From positions 1 to 41,900 of the forward strand of contig JAMNZA010000140.1 of NCBI GenBank assembly GCA_023622545.1: DNA of 41,900 nt, written 5' to 3'. Source of the DNA: Methanobacteriota archaeon. Its GTDB lineage: Archaea; Methanobacteriota_B; Thermococci; Methanofastidiosales; Methanofastidiosaceae. A program made the translations under genes and the position numbers. The notes beneath the pieces were generated by a model. That model did not search any database, was not told the origin of the DNA, and saw nothing but the letters and a program-made list of their open reading frames with translations. This document shows positions 17,019 to 24,385 of the stretch, in pieces; position 1 is the stretch's first letter; the number at the start of each line of letters is the position of its first letter.

Positions 17019-18704
17019 ATGCAAAAAAAATTAGCTTTATTTTTAACATTAATTTTTATTTTTGCCAACTTCAGTCAGATAATGTCTGAAGACACAATTA
17101 GATGGCGATACCACACCGCAGATGATGTCAGGGCGGCTTCTTTGGGGGATGTCAATGGCGATGGTAAATTTGACGTTGTTTTAGGCTCGGGAAACTATGT
17201 CTATGCTCTTGATAGTTTTGGGCAAGAGATATGGAAAAAGAAAGCTATTAATTATATTAATACAGTGTCTACTAATGACCTTGATGGCGATGGCAGAAGC
17301 GATGTCGCTGTGGGGCTTATAAACAATGGAATTGAAGTTTTTAATTCAGATGGAGAAAAATTATGGGAATACTGGATGCCCTCTTCCATTCAGAAGGTCA
17401 TTATAAAAGATATTGATTCAGATGGGTATGGAGAAGTAATAGCCATCTCCTATAACACCTCTTTGAACGATAATGCATGGGTAATACTAAATCATGATGG
17501 ATGCGTTAGGTTCCAAAGTAAGGATTTCTTTTTCCCCGATATTGAATTAAAAGGTTATTATGATGGTACAGATAAAAAATGGGAAGCTGACGACGAACTC
17601 AGAACTATCCTTGCCGAGGATATTAATGGGGATGGAAATACCGAATTTGTTGCAACTACAAGGGCAAATGACATCTTAATTTTCGATTATAATATGAACT
17701 CTTTATGGGGATACCATTTTGATTATCCTATAACTTCTGTTTCTCTTGGGGACTTAGAGGGAGACGGTTTTAAAGAGATTCTTCTCGGAGTAAACAAAAA
17801 ATTGATCATCCTTACAAAAGATGCATTTTCTTTGAAAGAATACAAATTTGACGATGACATCGGTGCAGCGGCCGCTTTCAAAGATTCAAATATCTCTTAT
17901 GTTTTGATAGCTAAAGGAAACAATTTATACGTATATGACTATGGAACAGAATTATTTAATTATAGTTTTGATGATAGTATTAATCTAATTTATTCAGATG
18001 ATTTAGATTATAAAAATAGTATAGAGATAATAACTGGTACAGACGATGGGGCATATGTTCTAAATCTTAAAGGAAAGAAACTCTTTACATACAAGACTTA
18101 CTCTCCTGTGAATGAAGTTTTTATAACAAACCTCGATTTCAAATCTCAAAAAGAATTAATCTTATCTTCTACAGATGTGGACGTAATCACATACCAGGAA
18201 TTAAAAGATATTGAGTTGCCGGTCTCCCAAACAAATCAACAAGAGAGGCAAGCAACAATAAACAGAGCAAACGCAATCTTTAGCACTGGAAAAGCGTTAT
18301 ATGGGGTTAGAGATTACCAGTCAGCTTTAGATAAATTCAAAGAAGCAAGAACAATATACGAATCTGTATCTTATACTGAAGGCATCAATAACTGTGGAAC
18401 ATTTATATCAAATTCTACAGTATACATACAAGCTAAAACATTTGAAGATCAAGGATTATCTTTAAAGAATGAGAAAAAATATGAAGAAGCAAAATCTAAT
18501 TATCAGACAGCTAAAGACATTTACTCTTCATTGAATGACTCTACAAAGATCCAGGAAATGGATCAAGCAATTGCAGAAGTCGATGACTTAATTAGAACTG
18601 AAGCTTTAATTAGAACATTAGTATACATAATTATTATTGGTGCTATCGTAGCAATTGTAGTATTTGTATTTTTATTCCTCAGAAGAAAAAATAAAACTAA
18701 ATAG
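17019..18704 (+). CDS. FG-GAP/VCBS-repeat beta-propeller surface protein with a TPR-like segment and a C-terminal TM anchor
   Basis: Signal-like MQKKLALFLTLIFIFANFSQIMS. Repeated Ca-binding-type loops: DVNGDGKFDVV, DLDGDGRSDVAV, DIDSDGYGEVIA, DINGDGNTEFVA, DLEGDGFKEILL. A helical Y/A-rich repeat follows (ALYGVRDYQSALDKFKEARTIY.., KYEEAKSNYQTAKDIY). C-terminal TM LVYIIIIGAIVAIVVFVFLFL plus RRKNKTK. Confidence 0.8.
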   Translation: MQKKLALFLTLIFIFANFSQIMSEDTIRWRYHTADDVRAASLGDVNGDGKFDVVLGSGNYVYALDSFGQEIWKKKAINYINTVSTNDLDGDGRSDVAVGLINNGIEVFNSDGEKLWEYWMPSSIQKVIIKDIDSDGYGEVIAISYNTSLNDNAWVILNHDGCVRFQSKDFFFPDIELKGYYDGTDKKWEADDELRTILAEDINGDGNTEFVATTRANDILIFDYNMNSLWGYHFDYPITSVSLGDLEGDGFKEILLGVNKKLIILTKDAFSLKEYKFDDDIGAAAAFKDSNISYVLIAKGNNLYVYDYGTELFNYSFDDSINLIYSDDLDYKNSIEIITGTDDGAYVLNLKGKKLFTYKTYSPVNEVFITNLDFKSQKELILSSTDVDVITYQELKDIELPVSQTNQQERQATINRANAIFSTGKALYGVRDYQSALDKFKEARTIYESVSYTEGINNCGTFISNSTVYIQAKTFEDQGLSLKNEKKYEEAKSNYQTAKDIYSSLNDSTKIQEMDQAIAEVDDLIRTEALIRTLVYIIIIGAIVAIVVFVFLFLRRKNKTK

Positions 18705-19067
18705 GTGAATTATTTGATTCGAGAAGAAATTAAAAAAAGGGTTGAAAAATTACAAACAATAGCAATAAATTTTGAAAACGAAGGGTATTTTCAAGATGCT
18801 GCAGATAGTTATGTTGAGGCTGCTAATTTTCTGATTGACGAAAAGGATTTCTTCTGGGGTGCTGAAGATTTTAAAAAAGCTGCCGAGTTGTACTGGGATT
18901 CTGGGGATAAAGGAAGAGCTGAAACTCTCTTCAACACTGCAATAAACTATTATTTAATGGATGCAGATTACTACCTAAAACGTGATGGCTATTTTTGGGC
19001 TGTTAGAGACTATAAGCTAGCGGTTCAATGTTATGAAAAATGGCTCAGTATGATCGGAAGGATTTAA
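18705..19067 (+). CDS. small all-helical repeat protein (TPR/SNAP-like), function unknown
   Basis: GTG directly abuts the upstream TAG. The repeated pattern F.DAADSY.EAANF / EDFKKAAELY / GRAETLFNTAINYY / RDYKLAVQCY suggests paired-helix repeats. There is no signal peptide or TM. Confidence 0.55.
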   Translation: MNYLIREEIKKRVEKLQTIAINFENEGYFQDAADSYVEAANFLIDEKDFFWGAEDFKKAAELYWDSGDKGRAETLFNTAINYYLMDADYYLKRDGYFWAVRDYKLAVQCYEKWLSMIGRI

Positions 19068-19077
19068 ACAAAACCAG

Positions 19078-19151
19078 TGGGCCCGGGGGGATTTGAACCC
19101 CTGACCGCCCGGTTATGAGCCGGGCGCTCTACCAGTCTAAGCTACAGGCCC
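19078..19151 (-). tRNA. tRNA with anticodon CAT (elongator Met type; could equally be tRNA-Ile2 before C34 modification)
   Basis: The reverse complement folds as GGGCCTG-TA-GCTT-AGACTGGTA-GAGC-G-CCCGG-CTCATAA-CCGGG-CGGTC-AGGGG-TTCAAAT-CCCCC-CGGGCCC-A. It is not initiator-like: there is no A1:U72 and no G29-31:C39-41. Confidence 0.9.
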
Positions 19152-19157
19152 AAGAAG

Positions 19158-19230
19158 CGCCGCCAGCAGGACTCGAACCTGCGACCATTCGATTAACAGT
19201 CGAGCGCTCTACCTACTGAGCTATGGCGGC
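19158..19230 (-). tRNA. tRNA-Asn (anticodon GTT)
   Basis: The reverse complement folds as GCCGCCA-TA-GCTC-AGTAGGTA-GAGC-G-CTCGA-CTGTTAA-TCGAA-TGGTC-GCAGG-TTCGAGT-CCTGC-TGGCGGC-G. It is 73 nt and lies 6 nt from the neighbouring tRNA. Confidence 0.93.
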
Positions 19231-19293
19231 ATGAAGATTCCGATTTCAGAATCCTATATAAAACTTTCTATTAATAAAATTATCAATATCATG

Positions 19294-20211
19294 TTAAAAT
19301 ATATCCATTAGATATACAAGTGGAATTAATGTAAACCACATTATATACGCTAGAGAGAATTGAAGCTGCATATTAATCTGGCCTTCAATACTATCCGATC
19401 TAAATAGGACACTTAATAAGTATAGTAGGATTATCCCTTGAGCTATAGCAACAATGAACAACATTCCAAGAGATCCTAGAATCCCTAAAATAACTATTAT
19501 TATGCTTGAGATAATAGAAAGAGAGATGGAAATAATTGATAAGATAGTTGCCCTTTTTTTACCTAATATTACAGTAAGTGTTCTTTTACCTACTTTTTGA
19601 TCTGCCGATAAATCTGGAAAACCTGCAAGAATTATAGCCCCAAACACTGAAAAGAAAAGTGGTATAGAAATTAACCAAGGAAAAGTCAAATCAATTCTTT
19701 GAGATTGTAATAAGAATCCAGCAATAACTATGTAGAAACTATGTGTTACTCCTACGTCTAATTCCCCTAAACCTCTGTAAGATAATTTAATTGGGGGTAG
19801 AGTATAGGACAATCCTAGGATTAATCCAATTAAGAGGACGATAAAAGAGTAAATATTTGTCATGTAAGTGAGAATAATTCCCAAGATAAATACCATTACA
19901 AGACCAAATATCGTGGCTTTTTGTACGTCATTTAGTAAAATCTTCCCTTCAACTAACATCCTAGAGCCACCAGTAAATTGGCTATAGTTTCTGTTTATAC
20001 TATCCGTTTCATAATCGAAGTATTCATTAGAAATGACCGTTACGAATTCTATGAAGAACATAGCTAGATAACCAAGTAGATACACCGTTAGATCAAATTT
20101 AGCTAATATCTTCAATGAAGACATAGCTCCTACGGTATATGCTAAGAAGGTCATAGGGTAAAATTGAAGTCTTATTATCTTTAACCACGAAATGATCTTT
20201 TCTTTATTCAT
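19294..20211 (-). CDS. UbiA-superfamily aromatic/polyprenyl prenyltransferase, MenA-like
   Basis: ATG at 20211 (the track starts at TTG 20220). First Asp-rich motif NEYFDYETD, second DLSADQKVGKRTLTV (cf. D..xD...GK.TL of MenA/UbiA). Eight to nine TM helices. Confidence 0.85.
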   Translation of the reverse strand: MNKEKIISWLKIIRLQFYPMTFLAYTVGAMSSLKILAKFDLTVYLLGYLAMFFIEFVTVISNEYFDYETDSINRNYSQFTGGSRMLVEGKILLNDVQKATIFGLVMVFILGIILTYMTNIYSFIVLLIGLILGLSYTLPPIKLSYRGLGELDVGVTHSFYIVIAGFLLQSQRIDLTFPWLISIPLFFSVFGAIILAGFPDLSADQKVGKRTLTVILGKKRATILSIISISLSIISSIIIVILGILGSLGMLFIVAIAQGIILLYLLSVLFRSDSIEGQINMQLQFSLAYIMWFTLIPLVYLMDIF

Positions 20212-20339
20212 AATGAACAATATTTTTCATGAAATAATCTCAATATAAATATTTCTAATAAATCTAATTTACCGATAATTTTTTATAGATAGTTAGTTCA
20301 TTTTTCACAAGTTCTATTAAAAAAATTGCTGGTGATTTC

Positions 20340-21626
20340 ATGTTTGATACAGGACTAATAGAAAAACTAGTTTCTTCTGAAAACTATTACAAAAAGAGAG
20401 AGGAAGTAGAAAAACTACGCCATAAAGCAATAAAAATGTCGCATAAATACCATTTTGAAAATAATAGATTTTATCATGACTATTGCAAATTAAAAGGGTT
20501 AAATGGAGATATTAAACCCAAGGATTTTCATAAAATAGTAATCCCTGACGGTGTATTCAAATCCTATGAGATGGAGTGTCCTGAGAAGAATCCACAAGAA
20601 TTTAAGAAATGGGTCGAAAGGATATCTTCTGTTCCGATAGATTTTACACCTAAAGGTATGGGATCACTTGAAAGTTTTCTTGAAGAGTTTTATTCTAATG
20701 GGCTCATGCTAGGGTTTAGCAGTGGAACCTCAGGAAAACTAACATTCCTACCGCGAGATGAATTTACCAGATCAATGATAGTTAAATCTTATACCGAAGC
20801 TATCGATGCGACTCTTAAACTAAATAAGGGGCAGGAGAAATTTATCCTAGGCATTCCTAAGAAGACTTTCTTGCAAGTTGGGTATAATGGTAGGGTAGTT
20901 GCAGAGAACATATCTCCTGGAAATGTATTCCACGCCATTGATAGCCTTAAGGCGGATATTATAAGATTAAGAATGAGAGGACCAAGGTCATCAAAGGAAA
21001 AAATAATGAACTATTTCATAAAAAAAATGCTACCAAGAATTGAGAAAAATTCGATAAAAGGCATCGTATCAAATCTAGAAGCTAATCGTGGAAAAAGAGT
21101 AGTATTTATGGGGCCACCTTTCTTAATAATTAATACTGCAAAGTATGTCCTAGAACATGGGATTGATGCAAAAATAGGAGAAGATAGTTTCTTTGCTTCT
21201 ACTGGGGGATTTAAAGGGAGATCTATTGTCAGTAGGGACAAAATGAATGATTTGATTCAAGAGGCATTTGGGCTGGATCCAAAGAGATACATCGATCTAT
21301 ACGGTATGACCGAATCAAACTCTATAATGGTAGATTGTTTAGAGGGTAATAACAAACATATACCACCTTGGATGGAAGTTATACTTTTCGATGAGCATAT
21401 GGAGCCAATACCTCCTGAAGGGAAAGTCACTGGTAATTATGCATTCCTTGAACCTTCTTCTAAATCATTTCCTGGATTTATTACAACTGGTGACAAAATA
21501 AAAGTTGACTACGATGGATGTCCAGCTTGCGATAAGAAAACACCAATTCTCCTTAGCATTGAAAGACTTCCAAGACTAGAAAGCAGAGGTTGCTCTGGTG
21601 TACTTGCTAAAACGGTGGCTGATTAA
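20340..21626 (+). CDS. LuxE-like acyl-protein synthetase (adenylate-forming, PaaK/LuxE clade)
   Basis: GGTGA sits upstream of the ATG. P-loop-like GFSSGTSGKLTFLPRD (cf. SSGTTG of ANL/PaaK/LuxE enzymes) and DLYGMTESNS (cf. YG.TE). One Cys lies in RGCSGVLAKTVAD, 10 residues before the C-terminus, where LuxE carries its acyl-accepting Cys (from memory). Confidence 0.78.
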   Translation: MFDTGLIEKLVSSENYYKKREEVEKLRHKAIKMSHKYHFENNRFYHDYCKLKGLNGDIKPKDFHKIVIPDGVFKSYEMECPEKNPQEFKKWVERISSVPIDFTPKGMGSLESFLEEFYSNGLMLGFSSGTSGKLTFLPRDEFTRSMIVKSYTEAIDATLKLNKGQEKFILGIPKKTFLQVGYNGRVVAENISPGNVFHAIDSLKADIIRLRMRGPRSSKEKIMNYFIKKMLPRIEKNSIKGIVSNLEANRGKRVVFMGPPFLIINTAKYVLEHGIDAKIGEDSFFASTGGFKGRSIVSRDKMNDLIQEAFGLDPKRYIDLYGMTESNSIMVDCLEGNNKHIPPWMEVILFDEHMEPIPPEGKVTGNYAFLEPSSKSFPGFITTGDKIKVDYDGCPACDKKTPILLSIERLPRLESRGCSGVLAKTVAD

Positions 21627-23192
21627 TTGTCAAAATTAAAAGGGTACTACCTTCCTAAATCTCTAAAATCCTTGGAAAAAGAAATGGAGTTTACAGAGAA
21701 GAAAGTAAATAATAAAACAATACTAACTCCAAATATAAATTCTCAAAACATAGCTAACATTGTAACAGAACTAAAAGAAAACAGAAAAAAATACCTTTCA
21801 GAAATGCCATTGACAGAAATAGCTTTAGCTTACGGAAATGTATCCAGAAAATGGGCAGATAACAAATATGAAAAAAAGAAACTTGCTCTTGAATTGTTGC
21901 CATTACTAACAAATCTTTCCTCTGAATTAATAGAATTTTACCAATTCAGATCAATTTACAAAATTGATGAAAAGACCATTAATTTTTTGTCTACCCTTAA
22001 TTTACCGCCAGAAGTTTTTAAGCAATTTACGCCAATTGAAGGGGCAAATACCTATGTTAGAGCATATGCTGGATTTAGAGACAAGCTATCGCTAAAGAAT
22101 ATTTCACAAAATGATAAGGAATTGGAGTTAGTAACATATATCACCCCTTCAAATGTCCCGGGATTTATAGAAAGCCTTGGAATATTCATTGCGTCTATAG
22201 TAAAAGCTGCTGGATTAATCAAAACACCTTCAGTTCAGCCTCTTTTTGCACCATTATTTGCGGAATCTGTTGCAGAGCAAAATAAAGAGATTGGAGAGAC
22301 TATAGCTGTAATACCTTGGGCAGGGGGGGATGAATCAATTGAGGACATCATCTTCAGAAACTCAAATGTAGTCAGTGTAGTTTCTAGCACCCAAACTGCG
22401 ATGTCCGTAAAAAACAGAATCGACAAATTGAACAGAGGGGGAAATTCAATAAAAGGATGTTATCATGGGGGTAAATTTGGGATTGAACTTATTGGAAGGG
22501 AAATGGCTACAAAGGATGTAGCCGGACTTGCAGCCCTCGATGGAATTGGATATGAGGGGTATATGTGTGGGTCTCCTGCCTTTGGATTTTTTGTAGAAGA
22601 GGATGGAGAACTCAGTCCAATTGAATTTGCAGAAGCACTTGCCGGTGAAATGGAAAAACTTTCTAAATCAATACCTCAAACTAATTTTTTCAGAAAATTA
22701 AGGGATGTTAAAATTGGAGAAATAATATCTAGGCCTGAATTTGAAGGCGGTCAAAAAATTTATACTTCATCTAAAAATAATTTTGCCGTAATTTTCGAAT
22801 CGAAATTTAATCTTAACCCAATTGGGCAAAACAGATTAATCAGAGTCTTTGGGGTAAAAAGCTTAGAGGAAGTAATAGATAAAATGAAGCCCTGGAAAGA
22901 GTACCTCCAAACTGCAGGAGTTGCATTGGGAAACGACAGAATTCAGAAAATTGCAGAATTAATGGGAAAAACTGGATTTTCAAATATTAGGGTTGCAGGC
23001 ACTGTGGCATTACCCAGACTTGGCGAAGCTTGGGATGGGAACTATCCAATATATGAATTTTATATACCTGATAGTATTCAGTGGACCTCAATAAACGCAG
23101 TTGATTTTGAAAATGAGATTAAAGAACTGATAAAAATCAAGAATCAAGTTATTACTAAAGGAGTATTCAATCCTAACCTCCAAATTCGTTAG
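21627..23192 (+). CDS. LuxC-like acyl-CoA (acyl-protein) reductase, aldehyde-dehydrogenase superfamily
   Basis: TTG abuts the LuxE-like TAA (21624-21626); an alternative ATG lies at 21684. The segment ITPSNVPGFIESLGIFIASIVKAAGLIKTPSVQPLFAPLFAES ... VIPWAGGDESIED ... GYEGYMCGSPAFGFF is collinear with my recollection of Vibrio LuxC (AGNVPLSG..IIKTSS.DPF.A.AL ... VIYWPHQGD ... YDQRACFS). It includes a candidate catalytic Cys. Confidence 0.78.
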   Translation: MSKLKGYYLPKSLKSLEKEMEFTEKKVNNKTILTPNINSQNIANIVTELKENRKKYLSEMPLTEIALAYGNVSRKWADNKYEKKKLALELLPLLTNLSSELIEFYQFRSIYKIDEKTINFLSTLNLPPEVFKQFTPIEGANTYVRAYAGFRDKLSLKNISQNDKELELVTYITPSNVPGFIESLGIFIASIVKAAGLIKTPSVQPLFAPLFAESVAEQNKEIGETIAVIPWAGGDESIEDIIFRNSNVVSVVSSTQTAMSVKNRIDKLNRGGNSIKGCYHGGKFGIELIGREMATKDVAGLAALDGIGYEGYMCGSPAFGFFVEEDGELSPIEFAEALAGEMEKLSKSIPQTNFFRKLRDVKIGEIISRPEFEGGQKIYTSSKNNFAVIFESKFNLNPIGQNRLIRVFGVKSLEEVIDKMKPWKEYLQTAGVALGNDRIQKIAELMGKTGFSNIRVAGTVALPRLGEAWDGNYPIYEFYIPDSIQWTSINAVDFENEIKELIKIKNQVITKGVFNPNLQIR

Positions 23193-23286
23193 ATAATCTA
23201 AGACACATGTATCATTTTTTCTATTTCTTTAATTAATAAAAAGAAATATTTAAATACTTTATACACAAATATTAATTGGTGCTCTA

Positions 23287-23520
23287 ATGGTATACGCATA
23301 TGTTTTAATAACAGTTTCTATTGGTAAAATTAAAGAAGTTATTGAAGCCGTAAAGAAAATTGATGGTGTAATAGAAGCCGATGTTATCACCGGTCCATAC
23401 GATGCAATTGCAAAAATAAAAGCAAATGATCTAGGAGAACTTACAAAGACAGTTATCCAGCAGATTCACTACATCGAAGGTGTAATTGATACAACAACTG
23501 CCATAGTAATATCTGTCTAA
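23287..23520 (+). CDS. stand-alone Lrp/AsnC ligand-binding (RAM) domain protein
   Basis: At 77 aa, MVYAYVLITV...GKIKEVIEAVKKIDGVIEADVITGPYDAIAKIKANDLGEL...IEGVIDTTTAIV is the beta-alpha-beta-beta-alpha-beta RAM pattern without an HTH. GGTG lies upstream. Confidence 0.75.
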   Translation: MVYAYVLITVSIGKIKEVIEAVKKIDGVIEADVITGPYDAIAKIKANDLGELTKTVIQQIHYIEGVIDTTTAIVISV

Positions 23521-23545
23521 TCCTTAGTTTTTACTCGGTGGTCCT

Positions 23546-24259
23546 TTGAATAAAGTTACGGCTATCTGTGATGTATCCCTATTCGTGTCAAAAAGTAAAT
23601 ACGCGCAAGCTGAATCATTGATGAAATCGCTTCACATTGAAGAAGTTATAATGCCAGAAGAACTAGTCGATATACTAATGAAAGTTCACAGAGGGGAACA
23701 ATTACTTGGGGAACAAGTTAGGGTACTATCTTATTGGGCAAAAGGACCAGTTCCAAAAGATGAAGATATAAGGACTTTCTATGAAACACTCATTGACAAA
23801 GGAATCAAGATCAAAACAGTCAAAGAGTACGTACTTAAAAAAGAAGTAGAACTAGGGTACACAAAACTTAGAGAAGGAATGGAAAAGGACGAAATGGAAG
23901 CATATAATAAAAGCTGGAGAAACTTATATAACAAATTCTCTGAGACGATGCCTGAACAAACAGCAATAATTTGTTCAAAGATATTGTCCCTGTCTTTAGT
24001 ATTTAATGAAAAAATAGTAGCAGTAAACAGGAAACTTCTGAGGTTTTTGTATGATTCCGGATTTGAGGTGTCCAAGGTCACGTCAAATATAGATATAGAT
24101 AATGATGTTGTAGAACACAATATAATATTCTTGAATGTTTATGGATCAAAAACGTTTGAGCCCCTGTTTTATGAAATAAAAAATTCAATAAAAGAGAGCA
24201 CTGCCATTGAAGTAGACTTGGAAAAGAATGTTGGTTCAATAGTAATGTTTAATTTATAA
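23546..24259 (+). CDS. hypothetical cytoplasmic protein (237 aa)
   Basis: Long ORF with a TTG start 25 nt after the RAM gene. Codon usage matches its neighbours. No motif recognised; the start codon is uncertain. Confidence 0.5.
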   Translation: MNKVTAICDVSLFVSKSKYAQAESLMKSLHIEEVIMPEELVDILMKVHRGEQLLGEQVRVLSYWAKGPVPKDEDIRTFYETLIDKGIKIKTVKEYVLKKEVELGYTKLREGMEKDEMEAYNKSWRNLYNKFSETMPEQTAIICSKILSLSLVFNEKIVAVNRKLLRFLYDSGFEVSKVTSNIDIDNDVVEHNIIFLNVYGSKTFEPLFYEIKNSIKESTAIEVDLEKNVGSIVMFNL

Positions 24260-24294
24260 GTTTTATTTTATAATATTTATGTTATATCCTAATT

Positions 24295-24328
24295 GCTTTC
24301 TATTCACATTATATTTTCAATAGAAAGC
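24295..24328. promoter_or_regulatory. perfect 10-bp inverted repeat at the thermosome promoter (candidate operator)
   Basis: GCTTTCTATT (24295-24304), a 14-nt spacer, then AATAGAAAGC (24319-24328). TATA-like TTTTTATAT follows immediately (about 24329-24337). GAGGTG sits 7 nt before the thermosome ATG. Confidence 0.35.
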
Positions 24329-24385
24329 TTTTTATATCACCTCTAATACATCAAAAAACAGCAATATTTTTATGAGGTGTAAATT

